A DNA stretch of 64,000 nt. Source: Negativicutes bacterium (lineage in GTDB: Bacteria; Bacillota; Negativicutes; UBA1444). The notes beneath the pieces are model-generated. The model was not told the DNA's origin and ran no database searches. It worked only from the letters and a program-made list of their open reading frames with translations. The position numbers and the translations under genes were made by a program. Numbering within the stretch: the stretch's first letter is position 1; every line of letters begins with the position of its first letter. Positions 47,954 through 59,844 of this stretch are shown piece after piece. The stretch lies in assembly GCA_963665275.2 (NCBI GenBank), contig CAXXIN010000009.1, forward strand, positions 93,008 to 157,007. The letters are read 5' to 3'.

Positions 47954-48901
47954 TCATTCAGTTTCATCCGCTTCTTTGACCAACGTGGCGATAATTTCCT
48001 TGACTGGCATAATTTTATCGATTTTATAAACATTTTCGCCGGTAAATACCAGTCCAGTCTCCACATCGCCCTGCTGGGCCCTTATGAGCGCCTTAATGAT
48101 GCAAAAATTTTGCGAGCAGTGCTTCAGACAAGCATCACACGTTTCCGGTTTCGCGACCGTACCATCCGCAATCTTTTCGGCAAAAGGATTACGTACCGCC
48201 TGGCCGGGAAGACCAACCGGGCTCTTGATCAGCATAACATCTTCAGGACGGGCTTTGAGATAAAACTCCTTCAGCGCCGGTCCTGCATTGGATTCTTCAC
48301 TAGCGGCAAACCGGATCCCCATTTGCACCCCATTGGCGCCCAAGCGAAGAACTTCTACAATATCCTTGCCTGTCATCACACCGCCGGCGCCAATCACAGG
48401 AATTTTCACGGCCGCGCGCACTTCAGGCACAATAACTCGCATGGATCGATCCGTCCCCAGATGCCCACCGGCCTCCTTGCCTTCGACAATTACGGCTGCA
48501 GCGCCCAGCACCTCTGAGATACGGGCAAGTTTAGCACTGGATACAATTGGCACGATCGGAGTTCCCGATTCCTTGCCCAAAGCAAACATATCGCGGGAAA
48601 AACCCGCTCCAGCCACCACGAGGTCAATGCCTTCCTCGATGGCTGTTTTTATCATCACTGCAAAGGAACGAGCCGCCACCATCATGTTGATGCCGATGAT
48701 CCCGTCAGACAGAGATCTGGCAAGACGTATTTCATTGCGCAACTCATCCACCGTCATTCCGGAGGCCGCGATTAAACCAATACCTCCCTCACGGGCGACT
48801 GCAGCCGCCAGCGGCGCTGTTGAAAGTCGAATCGCCATTCCACCTTGAATAATCGGCACTCTTGCAACTAGGTTTCCAATTCTTAACTCCGGGAGTTTCA
48901 A
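47954..48901 (-). CDS. Nitronate-monooxygenase-family flavoprotein (FabK/FabX-like)
   Basis: IIQGGM, EGKEAGGH, AGG, GVQMG.RF; C-terminal CxxCxxxCxxxxC; embedded in the fab operon. Confidence 0.85.
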   Translation of the reverse strand: MKLPELRIGNLVARVPIIQGGMAIRLSTAPLAAAVAREGGIGLIAASGMTVDELRNEIRLARSLSDGIIGINMMVAARSFAVMIKTAIEEGIDLVVAGAGFSRDMFALGKESGTPIVPIVSSAKLARISEVLGAAAVIVEGKEAGGHLGTDRSMRVIVPEVRAAVKIPVIGAGGVMTGKDIVEVLRLGANGVQMGIRFAASEESNAGPALKEFYLKARPEDVMLIKSPVGLPGQAVRNPFAEKIADGTVAKPETCDACLKHCSQNFCIIKALIRAQQGDVETGLVFTGENVYKIDKIMPVKEIIATLVKEADETE

Positions 48902-48947
48902 TTGATCTTATCCCCCAATCAGTATCAACCTGCTAACAATAAGTCTT

Positions 48948-48984
48948 GAGAAAGTCCCGCGAAACAGTTCGACGGGACTTTCTC
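48948..48984 (-). terminator. Hairpin or terminator after acpP
   Basis: GAGAAAGTCCCG...CGGGACTTTCTC inverted repeat. Confidence 0.65.
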
Positions 48985-48996
48985 ATGCATCAATGG

Positions 48997-49233
48997 TTAG
49001 GCCTGTTTCGCCTTTTCAATATAGTCCACCGCGTCTTTAACGGTTTTGATCTTCTCGGCAATTTCATCAGGAATTTCAATATTGAATTCCTCTTCAAAAG
49101 CCATGATCAATTCTACGATGTCCAGAGAATCTGCGCCCAGATCGTCAATAAACGTGGAATCAATCTTGACGTCATCGGCAGCTACCTGCAGCTGATCGAC
49201 TACGATCCGCTTGACTGTTTCAAATGTCGACAT
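48997..49233 (-). CDS. acpP: Acyl carrier protein
   Basis: [20 protein letters not shown]. Confidence 0.98.
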   Translation of the reverse strand: MSTFETVKRIVVDQLQVAADDVKIDSTFIDDLGADSLDIVELIMAFEEEFNIEIPDEIAEKIKTVKDAVDYIEKAKQA

Positions 49234-49268
49234 GTTTTTCACCTCCTTCCAAAAGTATCCTGTGTTTG

Positions 49269-50012
49269 CTACATTACCATTCCGCCATCAACATGAAGTG
49301 TCTGGCCCGTGATATAGTCAGCGCCTGGCGATACCAGAAACAGTACCGCCGCAGCGACATCTTCGGGATTTCCCAGCCTTTGCAGGGGAATCTGCGATTG
49401 CAGATCCAGTCTGGCCTGCTCCGGCAGATTAGCTGTCATATCTGTGGAGATGTAACCCGGAGCTACAGCATTCACATTGATGTTACGTGACGCCAGCTCC
49501 TTTGCCATGGATTTCGTGAAACCGATTACGCCGGCTTTGGCAGCCGCATAATTGGACTGTCCCGCATTGCCCATGACACCGACTACAGAAGTCATATTAA
49601 CAATTCTACCGTATCTTTGCTTCATCATCAACTTGGAAACTACTTTGGTGCAGTTGAAGATCCCCTTGAGATTGGTGTGAATCACCGCATCCCAGTCTTC
49701 TTCTTTCATCCGCATGATCAGATTGTCGCGAGTAATACCGGCGTTGTTAACCAGAATGTCAATTCTGCCGAAGCGCTCCATCACAGCCTTAACCATGGCT
49801 TCCACTGCAACTGAATCGCCTACGTCAGCTTGGACAAGCATGGCTTCCCCACCGTCTGCCTCGATCAGTGCAGCGACTTCTTCTGCTGCCGCACGATTGC
49901 CGGCAAAATTCAACGCAACCTTGGCGCCTGCTTTTGCAAGCTTCAATGCTGTAGCGCGTCCGATTCCTCTGGACGCTCCGGTAACCAAAGCCGTTTTTTC
50001 AGCTAATAGCAT
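49269..50012 (-). CDS. fabG: 3-oxoacyl-ACP reductase
   Basis: [28 protein letters not shown]. Confidence 0.97.
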   Translation of the reverse strand: MLLAEKTALVTGASRGIGRATALKLAKAGAKVALNFAGNRAAAEEVAALIEADGGEAMLVQADVGDSVAVEAMVKAVMERFGRIDILVNNAGITRDNLIMRMKEEDWDAVIHTNLKGIFNCTKVVSKLMMKQRYGRIVNMTSVVGVMGNAGQSNYAAAKAGVIGFTKSMAKELASRNINVNAVAPGYISTDMTANLPEQARLDLQSQIPLQRLGNPEDVAAAVLFLVSPGADYITGQTLHVDGGMVM

Positions 50013-50013
50013 T

Positions 50014-50958
50014 CTAACGGACCTCCCTGAAATAATCAAGCGTTTTTTGCAGTGATTCGATATCTTCCACGTTCAAATTGACAATTTCGGGATCGATTTT
50101 CTTGGTAAAACCGGTCAAAACTTTCCCGGGCCCTACTTCAATGCTGACTGTAGCGCCAAACTCTGCCACCGTTGCAACGCAATCTTCCCAGAGTACGGGG
50201 TTAGCCGCCTGCGTCACAAGTAGCTCTTTAATCCCCTCCTTGCTTGTGGAAGCTTTGCCGTTAACATTCGCCACTACTGGAATGATAGGCTCATGAAATT
50301 CGATTTTATCCAGTTCGACCGCCAATTTTTCTGCAGCCGGCTGTAACAGTGAACTATGAAAAGGTGCGCTGACCGGCAGCATGATAACCCGTTTAGCCCC
50401 AGCCGCTTTTAATGCTTCAGCGGCTTTTTCGACGGCTAGCGTTGTTCCGGCTATGACAATTTGACCTGGACAGTTGAAATTAACAGCCTGAACTGCCCCG
50501 TATTGTTTTTCTGTCTGTGCGCAAATCTCAACCACTTTATCTCTGTCGATCCCGAGAACTGCCGCCATGGCGCCTTCTCCCAAGGGAACTGCTTCCTGCA
50601 TGAACTGCCCCCGTTTGTTTACCAATCGGACAGCATCTTCAAATTCCAATACGCCGGCAGCTACCAACGCAGAATACTCCCCCAGACTATGCCCTGCAGT
50701 AATATCCGGTTTCACTCCCGCTTCCTGCAAAGCGCGAAATGCGGCAACACTCACGGTCAGTATTGCAGGTTGAGTATTGAACGTTTTACGCAATTCGTCT
50801 TCGGGTCCTTCAAAGCACAATTTACTGATAGAGAATCCGAGCGCTTTGTCGGCTGCCTCGAATACTGCCTTCGCCACTGGATAATTATCATACAAGGCTT
50901 TGCCCATTCCAACACTCTGCGATCCCTGCCCCGGGAATAAAAAAGCCGTTTTTGCCAT
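50014..50958 (-). CDS. fabD: Malonyl-CoA:ACP transacylase
   Basis: FPGQGSQ, GHSLGE, SAPFH, GPGKVL. Confidence 0.97.
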   Translation of the reverse strand: MAKTAFLFPGQGSQSVGMGKALYDNYPVAKAVFEAADKALGFSISKLCFEGPEDELRKTFNTQPAILTVSVAAFRALQEAGVKPDITAGHSLGEYSALVAAGVLEFEDAVRLVNKRGQFMQEAVPLGEGAMAAVLGIDRDKVVEICAQTEKQYGAVQAVNFNCPGQIVIAGTTLAVEKAAEALKAAGAKRVIMLPVSAPFHSSLLQPAAEKLAVELDKIEFHEPIIPVVANVNGKASTSKEGIKELLVTQAANPVLWEDCVATVAEFGATVSIEVGPGKVLTGFTKKIDPEIVNLNVEDIESLQKTLDYFREVR

Positions 50959-51000
50959 AACTACGCTCCCTCCATCACTCAGAATCATTGATACGAGGTT

Positions 51001-52011
51001 TTATTTTCCCCAGCGAAATGCGATCGATGCCCAAGTAAGGCCTGCACCGAAGCCAACCATCAGTACGAGGTCTCCCTTCTTGATCCGTCCGTCCCGTACA
51101 GCTTCTTCCAACGCCAACGGAATGGAGGCCGAAGAGGTATTGCCGTATTTATCCAAGTTGATCACGACTTTCTCCATTGGCATCTTTAGTCGCTTGGCTG
51201 CCGATTGAATAATCCGCATATTCGCTTGATGAGGAATTAGCCAATCAATGTCACTTTCCTGAAGACCCGCGTCAACCAGCGCCTTACTTGCAGCTTCGCC
51301 CATTACTCGAACGGCGAATTTAAAGACTTCATTCCCTTCCATATGCACAGAATGCAAATCCTGTTTCACAGTTTCCTCTGTCGCCGGCATCCGGGTGCCA
51401 CCCGCCGGGAACTTCAAAAGCTCGCCGCCATTTCCATCAGCGCCCATAAAAGCCCCGAGAATACCGTATGGCGCTGCGACTTCACCGAGGACCACCGCCC
51501 CCGCGCCATCACCAAATAATATGCAGGTATTGCGGTCCTTCCAGTTGAGCATTTTGGAAATTTCGTCGGCGCCAATCACTAGAATCTTTTTATACATACC
51601 CGTGCGAATGAATTGTGTAGCGACAACCATCGAATAAGAAAATCCCGAGCATCCCGCCTGTACATCAAAAGCCGCAATTTTCCGGTTGGCTTTGAGCCTG
51701 GTCTGCACCAAACAGCCTACGGACGGATAAAACATATCCGGGCTGGAAGTTCCCACGATTATCAAATCAATATCGTCAATAGTCAGTCCGGCATTGATTA
51801 ATGCATTTTCCGCCGCCTGAGCAGCCAGTTCTGATGTTGGAACATCTTTTTTAGAAATCCGACGTTCCTTGATTCCCGTGCGCTCTGTTATCCAATCATC
51901 AGTGGTGTCAACCATTGTTTCCAGATCTTTATTGGTCAATATGTCTGCCGGTGCAAAGGCCCCAACACCCAGAATTCCCACATTTCTATTGGTCGCTATT
52001 TCTTGTGTCAT
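51001..52011 (-). CDS. fabH: 3-oxoacyl-ACP synthase III
   Basis: AGCSGF, LFGDGAGA, PHQAN, YGNTS. Confidence 0.97.
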   Translation of the reverse strand: MTQEIATNRNVGILGVGAFAPADILTNKDLETMVDTTDDWITERTGIKERRISKKDVPTSELAAQAAENALINAGLTIDDIDLIIVGTSSPDMFYPSVGCLVQTRLKANRKIAAFDVQAGCSGFSYSMVVATQFIRTGMYKKILVIGADEISKMLNWKDRNTCILFGDGAGAVVLGEVAAPYGILGAFMGADGNGGELLKFPAGGTRMPATEETVKQDLHSVHMEGNEVFKFAVRVMGEAASKALVDAGLQESDIDWLIPHQANMRIIQSAAKRLKMPMEKVVINLDKYGNTSSASIPLALEEAVRDGRIKKGDLVLMVGFGAGLTWASIAFRWGK

Positions 52012-53020
52012 TGGTTAATCCCTCCATAATCAAGTTTTCGCGGATATGTTCCAAAACCCGGTGTTCAGAAAACTCTTTTGCGGCGCGCACAGCGCTATGA
52101 ATCGCCTTTGCATTGGAACTGCCATGACAGATGAGGAACCCCCCGTCGACTCCGAGTAACGGAGCGCCGCCATATTCGGCATAGTCCAATTTTTTCTTCA
52201 ATTTTCGCATGGCCGGCAGGATCAATAGACCCCCCAGTTTTGCCAAATAGCCCCCTTGCATGACGGTTTCCTTCACCAGTTGCATCAGGGCTTTGGCCAG
52301 TCCTTCAGAAGTTTTTAAAACAATGTTGCCGACGAAACCATCGCAGACCACGACATCCACTGTTCCGGCCATGATATCCCGACCCTCGACATTCCCAATG
52401 AAATTAATTGTCTTGAGCGCACTCAGCAGTGGAAATGTCGCCAAAGCCTGTTCATTGCCTTTGGAGGGTTCCTCGCCAATGTTAAGCAAGCCCACACGAG
52501 GTTTTTCGATACCCAGGACGAATTCAGCATAAATTGAACCCATGATCGCGGCCTGAACCAAATGCTTGGGTTTGGAATCAACATTTGCACCCGCATCGAG
52601 CATAACAGTCTTTCCATGCAGGTTGGGCAAAACGGTGGCGATGGCTGCACGTTCAATTCCTGTCATCCGGCCGAGCCCAAACAAAGCGGAAGCAACCGCA
52701 GCCCCCGTATGACCAGCGGCAATCGCTACCTCGCACTTTTTTTCTTTGACGAGACGGGCAGTAACGACAACGGAAGCATCCTTTTTTCGGCGCACTGCGG
52801 CTCCCGGTTGATCATGCATATCAATCGTCTCCGAGGCATGCACAATATGAACCGGCAGTTTCTCCCAATCGGGAGCTTTCGTTAGTGCTTCACGAATACG
52901 GGCTTCGTCACCCACCAAAAAAATCTCGCAACCGCAATCACGGGCGCCTTCGACAGCCCCCAATACGATTTCATCCGGAGCAAAATCTCCACCCATTGCA
53001 TCTACAGCAATCTTAATCAA
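51986..53020 (-). CDS. plsX: Phosphate acyltransferase PlsX
   Basis: IAVDAMGGD, LDAGAN, LLNIGEE..KG, CDGFVGN, YGGAPLLG. Confidence 0.97.
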   Translation of the reverse strand: MIKIAVDAMGGDFAPDEIVLGAVEGARDCGCEIFLVGDEARIREALTKAPDWEKLPVHIVHASETIDMHDQPGAAVRRKKDASVVVTARLVKEKKCEVAIAAGHTGAAVASALFGLGRMTGIERAAIATVLPNLHGKTVMLDAGANVDSKPKHLVQAAIMGSIYAEFVLGIEKPRVGLLNIGEEPSKGNEQALATFPLLSALKTINFIGNVEGRDIMAGTVDVVVCDGFVGNIVLKTSEGLAKALMQLVKETVMQGGYLAKLGGLLILPAMRKLKKKLDYAEYGGAPLLGVDGGFLICHGSSNAKAIHSAVRAAKEFSEHRVLEHIRENLIMEGLTNDTRNSDQ

Positions 53021-53026
53021 TGTTTG

Positions 53027-53593
53027 TCATCCTTCCAATGAAACCATAATAAATTTCGCCCGGAATACTTCCTGCATCCCAGAACGAGTCTTAACCCATA
53101 TAAAATTTTTATTGGCGCGTGTACGCACAACTTCAGCCTTAGCTACTAATTTTTCGCCTTCCCGAACAGGGGCCTTAAATTTGATATTTGCCACGCCAGT
53201 GACGGCAGCCGGTGCATCCATGACCGCCAACGCGAGTGAATTGGCTTGGGCAAAAATGTGGTGTCCACGGGCAACATGTGTTTTTTCGAAAACCATATCT
53301 GCTGTCACTACCAGCGTCGAAATTCCGGTTTTCCCCAACTCCAGATCCAAAATTTCCCCCGTCATGTCCTGTCTGGCAATCGCTATCGGGTTTGCATGCA
53401 CCTGTTGAGCCACTTGACGCGTGCGTTCCCGCAATTCGGGAATACCGAGCTCCATCCTGTCAAGTCGGATGGTCTGAATGCAGACGCCCAATTGAACCGC
53501 CAGCTCTTCATCCGTCACGAAGGGTGATTTCTCCATCCAGTTTTTCAATTGCTCATGTCGAAGTTTTTTGGACTGTCGTGCCATTTTCCCCAC
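53027..53593 (-). CDS. fapR: Fatty acid biosynthesis repressor FapR
   Basis: PFVTDEELA..V..QTIRLDR..L.IPELRER, ARGHHIFAQANSLA. Confidence 0.96.
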   Translation of the reverse strand: MGKMARQSKKLRHEQLKNWMEKSPFVTDEELAVQLGVCIQTIRLDRMELGIPELRERTRQVAQQVHANPIAIARQDMTGEILDLELGKTGISTLVVTADMVFEKTHVARGHHIFAQANSLALAVMDAPAAVTGVANIKFKAPVREGEKLVAKAEVVRTRANKNFIWVKTRSGMQEVFRAKFIMVSLEG

Positions 53594-53614
53594 ATCAATT
53601 CATATCACTTACTC

Positions 53615-53665
53615 TTATCATCTGATACTAACAAAAATTATATCTGCTGCTAATGAATAATGCAA
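53615..53665 (-). promoter_or_regulatory. fapR operon sigma-A promoter with FapR operator(s)
   Basis: TTGCAT-17 bp-TATAAT (53637-53665); TTAGTATCAGATGATAA at 53615-53631 resembles the FapR 17-bp palindrome; a weaker copy overlaps the -10. Confidence 0.7.
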
Positions 53666-53735
53666 TAGACCGACAAAAATATCCCAGCCCCAAAAAGGAG
53701 CCGAGATAGCATTTCATTCCCCGTCTACTATGAAA

Positions 53736-54716
53736 TCAGCAACGAACATACAGCGCCAGATCAGCATTATCAATCCTTTTAACCAACCCTTGATGTTCAA
53801 GAAAATGAATGTGTGACAGGGCTTCTCCTGTTGCAAAATACTTCTGCGCCGGCGCGACTGAGTCCCAAGTGCGATAAACCATATCCCAAGTCATACGGGA
53901 AGCGACCTCATAGCCTGTCATCGGCCCGCTTTCCAGAATGCTCAGCGCCTCTTCCACACGATGCTGATGATGCTGCAACAATTCATCGATCCTTCCCCAG
54001 CAATCAGTGAAAATTCGGCGATGACCCGGCAAAACTAGCCCAACATCTAATTTTGCCACTTTTCGCAACGAATTAAGGAAATCCGCCAAGGGATCGTCAT
54101 TACCCAGATAGTGAGTTATGTTCGGACTTATATCTCCAAGAATGTGGTCGCCTGAGAAGAGAATTTTTTTCACCGATTCATAAAGACAAAAATGCCCCTG
54201 CGTGTGGCCCGGCGTCGCAACGCAAGTGAACCGATATGCTCCGACCTCAATCACCTGCTCATCAGCAACAATAGTAAAATCCATCGCCTGATGGGTTCCG
54301 CTATCACTGCCGGGGTGCCTTTGGATAGCCGCCCTGGCCTCTACCGGCGAAAAACCGTTGCGACAGGCCGCCTGATATAATCTTTCCATCGGAGAATCAG
54401 CCGTCAACATAAAATTGACGCTTTCGGCAGCGCTCGCACTGGCATAAATGCGTGTACTGTCTGTTTTTAGAAAAGGAATCAGTCCAGAGTGATCCGCATG
54501 CATGTGGGTAAGAAAAACATCGGTATCACGCATATCAACCGACAGATCACATAACCCCTTCTGCATTTCCGCCAGGCTCTCAGTACGGTTTTGTCCCGTA
54601 TCAACCAGCAGATTCCGGTCCTTCCCCTTAATCAGATACGCGTTGGTTGCTTTCAGCGGACTATTCGGAATCGGTACCACAATGCGAAAAATGCCAGGCA
54701 AAATTTCTTCCGCCAT
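53736..54716 (-). CDS. Metallo-beta-lactamase-fold hydrolase with a C-terminal winged-helix-like region
   Basis: THMHADHSG, TPGHT, SGDH, LPGH. Confidence 0.9.
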   Translation of the reverse strand: MAEEILPGIFRIVVPIPNSPLKATNAYLIKGKDRNLLVDTGQNRTESLAEMQKGLCDLSVDMRDTDVFLTHMHADHSGLIPFLKTDSTRIYASASAAESVNFMLTADSPMERLYQAACRNGFSPVEARAAIQRHPGSDSGTHQAMDFTIVADEQVIEVGAYRFTCVATPGHTQGHFCLYESVKKILFSGDHILGDISPNITHYLGNDDPLADFLNSLRKVAKLDVGLVLPGHRRIFTDCWGRIDELLQHHQHRVEEALSILESGPMTGYEVASRMTWDMVYRTWDSVAPAQKYFATGEALSHIHFLEHQGLVKRIDNADLALYVRC

Positions 54717-54803
54717 TATTTCACTTCCCTAATACAATAATTGCACTAAAATAAAAGGACCAGGCAAGCCCGATCCTTTTCCCGTTAATCCATATAACTG
54801 ATA

Positions 54804-54983
54804 CTATTCAGCTTTTTTGATTATTTCTTTTCCATCATAATAACCGCATTCCGGACAAACCCGGTGAGGCATTCTCAGTTCGTGGCAATGTGGGCAGGCC
54901 GAAAGATTGGGAGCAGTGAGCTTCCAGTTCGCCCTACGCGCTCTTTTGCGTGAATTAGATAGTTTCCGCTTGGGTACCGCCAT
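54804..54983 (-). CDS. rpmF: 50S ribosomal protein L32 (zinc-binding form); below the ORF-track cutoff
   Basis: Hand translation MAVPKRKLSNSRKRARRANWKLTAPNLSACPHCHELRMPHRVCPECGYYDGKEIIKKAE; AGGAGG SD. Confidence 0.97.
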   Translation of the reverse strand: MAVPKRKLSNSRKRARRANWKLTAPNLSACPHCHELRMPHRVCPECGYYDGKEIIKKAE

Positions 54984-55037
54984 GTCATTACACCTCCTTC
55001 ACGTGCCACTCTATATTATAGATAGAGTAATCGCAAT

Positions 55038-55511
55038 TCATTTGTCCAACAGCCGGGCCAATGCGGCCAAGCGTGGATCGAGTTTCTTACTGTCGCAACC
55101 GCAATCAACTAAGTTACGGTTAGCGCCACATGCAAAACATAACCCTTTGCAATCTTCGCTACACAGTGGTTGCATCGGTTCCTGGAAAATCAGCGCCGTG
55201 CGTATTGGTTCCGCAATATCGATCGTGTCCTTACCATATCCTAACGTTGCAGCATCAAAGTCTTCCTCGAATTGAAAAGTCAACGTCTGTTCAAGAGGCT
55301 TCAGACACCGACTACATTCAAAAGCAGCTTTAACTGTCACATTACCGGTAAGGCGATATACTGTCCCAACATTGGTAATCTGACCGGATACTGCAATATT
55401 ACCCTGAACCCACGGTTCAGGTTCTCCGATTTCCATTGAGGTAACATCCACGGAAAACGGCTGGATACTGCCGATATGATCAATAATTTGAGAAACATCC
55501 ACTTTTACCAT
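55038..55511 (-). CDS. YceD/YlbN (DUF177) family protein
   Basis: CSRCL, PMQPLCSEDCKGLC..CG.N....C.C..DPRLA.L; upstream of rpmF. Confidence 0.92.
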   Translation of the reverse strand: MVKVDVSQIIDHIGSIQPFSVDVTSMEIGEPEPWVQGNIAVSGQITNVGTVYRLTGNVTVKAAFECSRCLKPLEQTLTFQFEEDFDAATLGYGKDTIDIAEPIRTALIFQEPMQPLCSEDCKGLCFACGANRNLVDCGCDSKKLDPRLAALARLLDK

Positions 55512-55529
55512 GGGTTAATCACCTTACCC

Positions 55530-55558
55530 ATTATAGCGATGCGTTGAATGCTTGTCAA
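55530..55558 (-). promoter_or_regulatory. Consensus sigma-A promoter of yceD-rpmF
   Basis: TTGACA-17 bp-TATAAT. Confidence 0.85.
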
Positions 55559-55572
55559 GAAAAGGCAGATAA

Positions 55573-56779
<1,207 letters not shown>

Positions 56780-56901
56780 TTTATTCCCTCCACAATCATA
56801 AAATGAATCGGACGATTCCTCTCGATTTTAGGCAGGATATTTCGTTCGGACGCCCGAAACTAATGTCGAAGTAATTATATTATAAAAGGAACCGACTGAC
56901 A

Positions 56902-58153
56902 ATGCATGCAATTGGTATAATCGCCGAGTACAATCCATTTCACAAAGGCCACGCCTATCAAGCGGCACGGGCCCGTCAGCTGGGTAACGCGGATGTTGTA
57001 ATAGCCGTAATGAGCGGACACTACACCCAGCGTGGGGAAATCGCCATCTTTGACAAATGGCGCAGGGCTCAGGCCGCGGTTTTATCCGGTGTCGATCTAG
57101 TGCTGGAACTGCCTGCAGTTTTCGTGGTCCGTAGCGCCCAATATTTCGCGACGGGAGGAGTCCGTTTGCTGCAAAGTCTGGGAATCGTGGACCAGCTTTC
57201 GTTTGGCGCAGAAGATGCAGAAATGGATTCACTCATCGCTGCTGGCTGCCGGAATGGAAGATTCCTCCGTCACGAACCAACTGAAGTTAAACCTACGCAG
57301 CGGCAAAACCTATGCGGCAGCCATGTCCCACGCTTTAGTGACGGGGGGACATGCAACGTCCAGCTTCATTATCTCTCCGAATAATATTCTCGGTGTTGAA
57401 TACCTGAGGGCCTTAAAAAAGTATGCGCCGGGAATCGCCCCACTACCGGTCCAACGCATTGGCAGCGATTATCACTCAACTGAAATAGTTGGGGAATACT
57501 CCAGCGCCTCGGCGATCCGGCAGGCATTTATGAATAGCCCGTCTCTTTCCCCCTCAATTTCAGCGGTGCTGCCGTCCACCACCCTGGAAATGACGTCAGA
57601 ATTATTGGTAGCCGGATGGGCTCCATCTGATTACTCCCGCCTGGATACCGCAATACTCGCCAAAATCCGTCGCATGACTGACGAACAGCTGCAAGGTGTG
57701 CCCGAACTGTCAGAGGGTCTGGAAAATAAGCTGCGCAAGGCCGCGAATGAATCCGGTTCCACAATAGAACTTCTTGCATTGCTCAAATCCAAACGTTACC
57801 CAGCTACCCGTCTAAAAAGGATTTTGGCGCATCTGCTTTTGGGTACCGAACTTGAACAGATTGCCTGTTTCGATCAATCCGGCCCCCTCTATGCGCGAGT
57901 GCTTGCGCTGAACAACCGCGGACGAACTGCGCTGCGGGCCATTTCAAAGCATACTTCGATTCCGATCATCACCAAAACCACTGCCCATTTAAACTCTCGC
58001 ACGTACCATTCCGGTATTTTCACACCCCTGCAAGCAATGCTGGCATACGATATAGCGGCAACAGACATCTTCACCCTATGTCTGCCGAACCCCGCTAATA
58101 GAAAGGGCGGAATCGACTTCAGCCGATCCGCCGTTCATGTTCCCTTTGCCTGA
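56902..58153 (+). CDS. tmcAL: tRNA(Met) cytidine acetate ligase TmcAL/YlbM, one apparent frameshift near 57244
   Basis: First frame IIAEYNPFHKGH and VMSG.YTQRGE; second frame PNNILGVEYL, SASAIR, EGLENK, KSKRY. Confidence 0.88.
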
Positions 58154-58154
58154 T

Positions 58155-58682
58155 TTATTTGCGAAACTGCTGTTTCAGTTCGTCATGACCTTTCCGTACG
58201 GTCTCCAGAGATTGCGACAAATTCACTTCTACCAGGTTGAATACTTGGTCTGCATAACCCGCCGCATCCATGGCCAACTCCTGGGCATTCTTTTGCGCCA
58301 TTTCCATTATTTCAGCCGCTTTTTGTTCGGCTTCCCGAAGCGTTTGCTCCGATTCCCTTCGGGCGCTCGTTACGATTTCGTTCGCTTGTTCCTGTGCCTG
58401 CCGAGTGATGAGGTTTTCATCGGTCAGCTTGCTGTGATAAGCTTTTGCCTGTTGAATTATTTCGTCAGACTTCTGCTGCGCCTCTTCAAGAATGCGCTGC
58501 CTGTCACTCACAATGCGTCCAGCTTCTACCAATTGGGATGGCATGGCATCCCTGAGTTCATCCAGTAGACGCGCCATATCATCTTCTTCAACCAACCTCT
58601 TGTTGGTAAAGGGAACACGGCCTGATTCCAGCAGTATATTGTCCATTTCTTCGAGAATTTCTTCCACTTTCATGAATGCCAC
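58155..58682 (-). CDS. Conserved coiled-coil protein (DivIVA-like/'ATPase subunit H'-like) downstream of coaD
   Basis: VPFTNK.LV..LLDELR..MP, then AxxxA coiled-coil repeats. Confidence 0.75.
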   Translation of the reverse strand: MAFMKVEEILEEMDNILLESGRVPFTNKRLVEEDDMARLLDELRDAMPSQLVEAGRIVSDRQRILEEAQQKSDEIIQQAKAYHSKLTDENLITRQAQEQANEIVTSARRESEQTLREAEQKAAEIMEMAQKNAQELAMDAAGYADQVFNLVEVNLSQSLETVRKGHDELKQQFRK

Positions 58683-58690
58683 ATCCTTTC

Positions 58691-59175
58691 TTACGCCCGG
58701 TCATTCAACCGTCGAACGATTTGCTCTTCCACACCGGTGGGAACCAGCCCTCGAATCGAACCGCCGAACTTGGCCAGTTCCTTGGTCGCAGAGGAACTAA
58801 CGAAAGAATATTCGCTGCTGGTCATCATGAAGACCGTTTCAATATCAGGGTCAACATGTTTGATCAGTAGAGCCCGCTGAAATTCATATTCAAAATCGGT
58901 TAGCGCCCGCAACCCCCGAACGATGATATTAGTGTTGCGACTGCGAACATACTCGTTCAGCAGGCCTGAAAAGCAATCAACTTTAATATTGGGGATGTGG
59001 CTGGTAGCATCCTTCAACATCTGCACCCGTTCTTCCATGGAAAACGCTGGCCGCTTGCCTGGATTGTGAAAAACAGCTACGATAACTTCATCAAACATTT
59101 TTGCCGCCGCTCGAAGATATCGAGGTGACCGCGTGTCACCGGGTCAAAACTCCCGGGGCACACTGCAATTCTCAC
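58691..59175 (-). CDS. coaD: Phosphopantetheine adenylyltransferase, one apparent frameshift near 59108
   Basis: GTG 59175 gives [23 protein letters not shown]; the ORF at 58691-59098 continues with IVRGLRA..DFEYE..VSSS. Confidence 0.93.
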
Positions 59176-59737
59176 TATTCGTTCCCTCCTGTTTCGTAAA
59201 AAAACTCACAACTGTTTCTCCATAAAATTCGCTGCGATACGCCACAATCCTCTTTAATTCTTCAGGAATTTTTTCATGCCGCGAATGTTCCACGACCAAA
59301 ACCCCTCCGTTACGCAGCACTCCGCTCACGTCCAGTGTCTGCAAAACTTTTGGCGCCAACCCCAGATTATAGGGAGGATCACAAAAAATCAAGTCAAAAG
59401 ATTTTCCTGCCGCGTCAAATCTGCGCAACGCCTGCATCACTTCTTCCCGACAGATCACAGCGGAGCCGCTTAAATTTGTCAGGATTGCATTTTCCATGAT
59501 GATTTTGATGCTCTGAGCATTTTTGTCAACCAGCACGGCGGATACGGCGCCCCTGCTCAATGCCTCCAGCCCTAAATTTCCCGTTCCGGCAAACAAATCC
59601 AGCACTTCGGCCTCAAGAGGCGTTGCACCCAGAATCCCAAAAACAGATTCTTTGACACGATCAGCAGTTGGACGAGTATTCATCCCCTTCGGCGTTTTGA
59701 GTCTGATTCCTTTTGCGGTTCCAGCAATAATTCTCAC
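59144..59737 (-). CDS. rsmD: 16S rRNA m2G966 methyltransferase
   Basis: [36 protein letters not shown]. Confidence 0.96.
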   Translation of the reverse strand: MRIIAGTAKGIRLKTPKGMNTRPTADRVKESVFGILGATPLEAEVLDLFAGTGNLGLEALSRGAVSAVLVDKNAQSIKIIMENAILTNLSGSAVICREEVMQALRRFDAAGKSFDLIFCDPPYNLGLAPKVLQTLDVSGVLRNGGVLVVEHSRHEKIPEELKRIVAYRSEFYGETVVSFFTKQEGTNSENCSVPREF

Positions 59738-59844
59738 TTTTAGTCAACCCACCAAGCCATTATTATCTTATTTTCAATAATCCCAATAGTAATATATTAC
59801 CTGAAAAGAGTCTGCGTGAAAATAGTTTCTGCAACGGAGGAAGC

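Noticed and set aside
662-55333. Many 60-240 aa plus-strand ORFs antisense to the flagellar, smc and fab genes
   Set aside because: They are shadows of well-supported minus-strand genes, with no recognisable motifs
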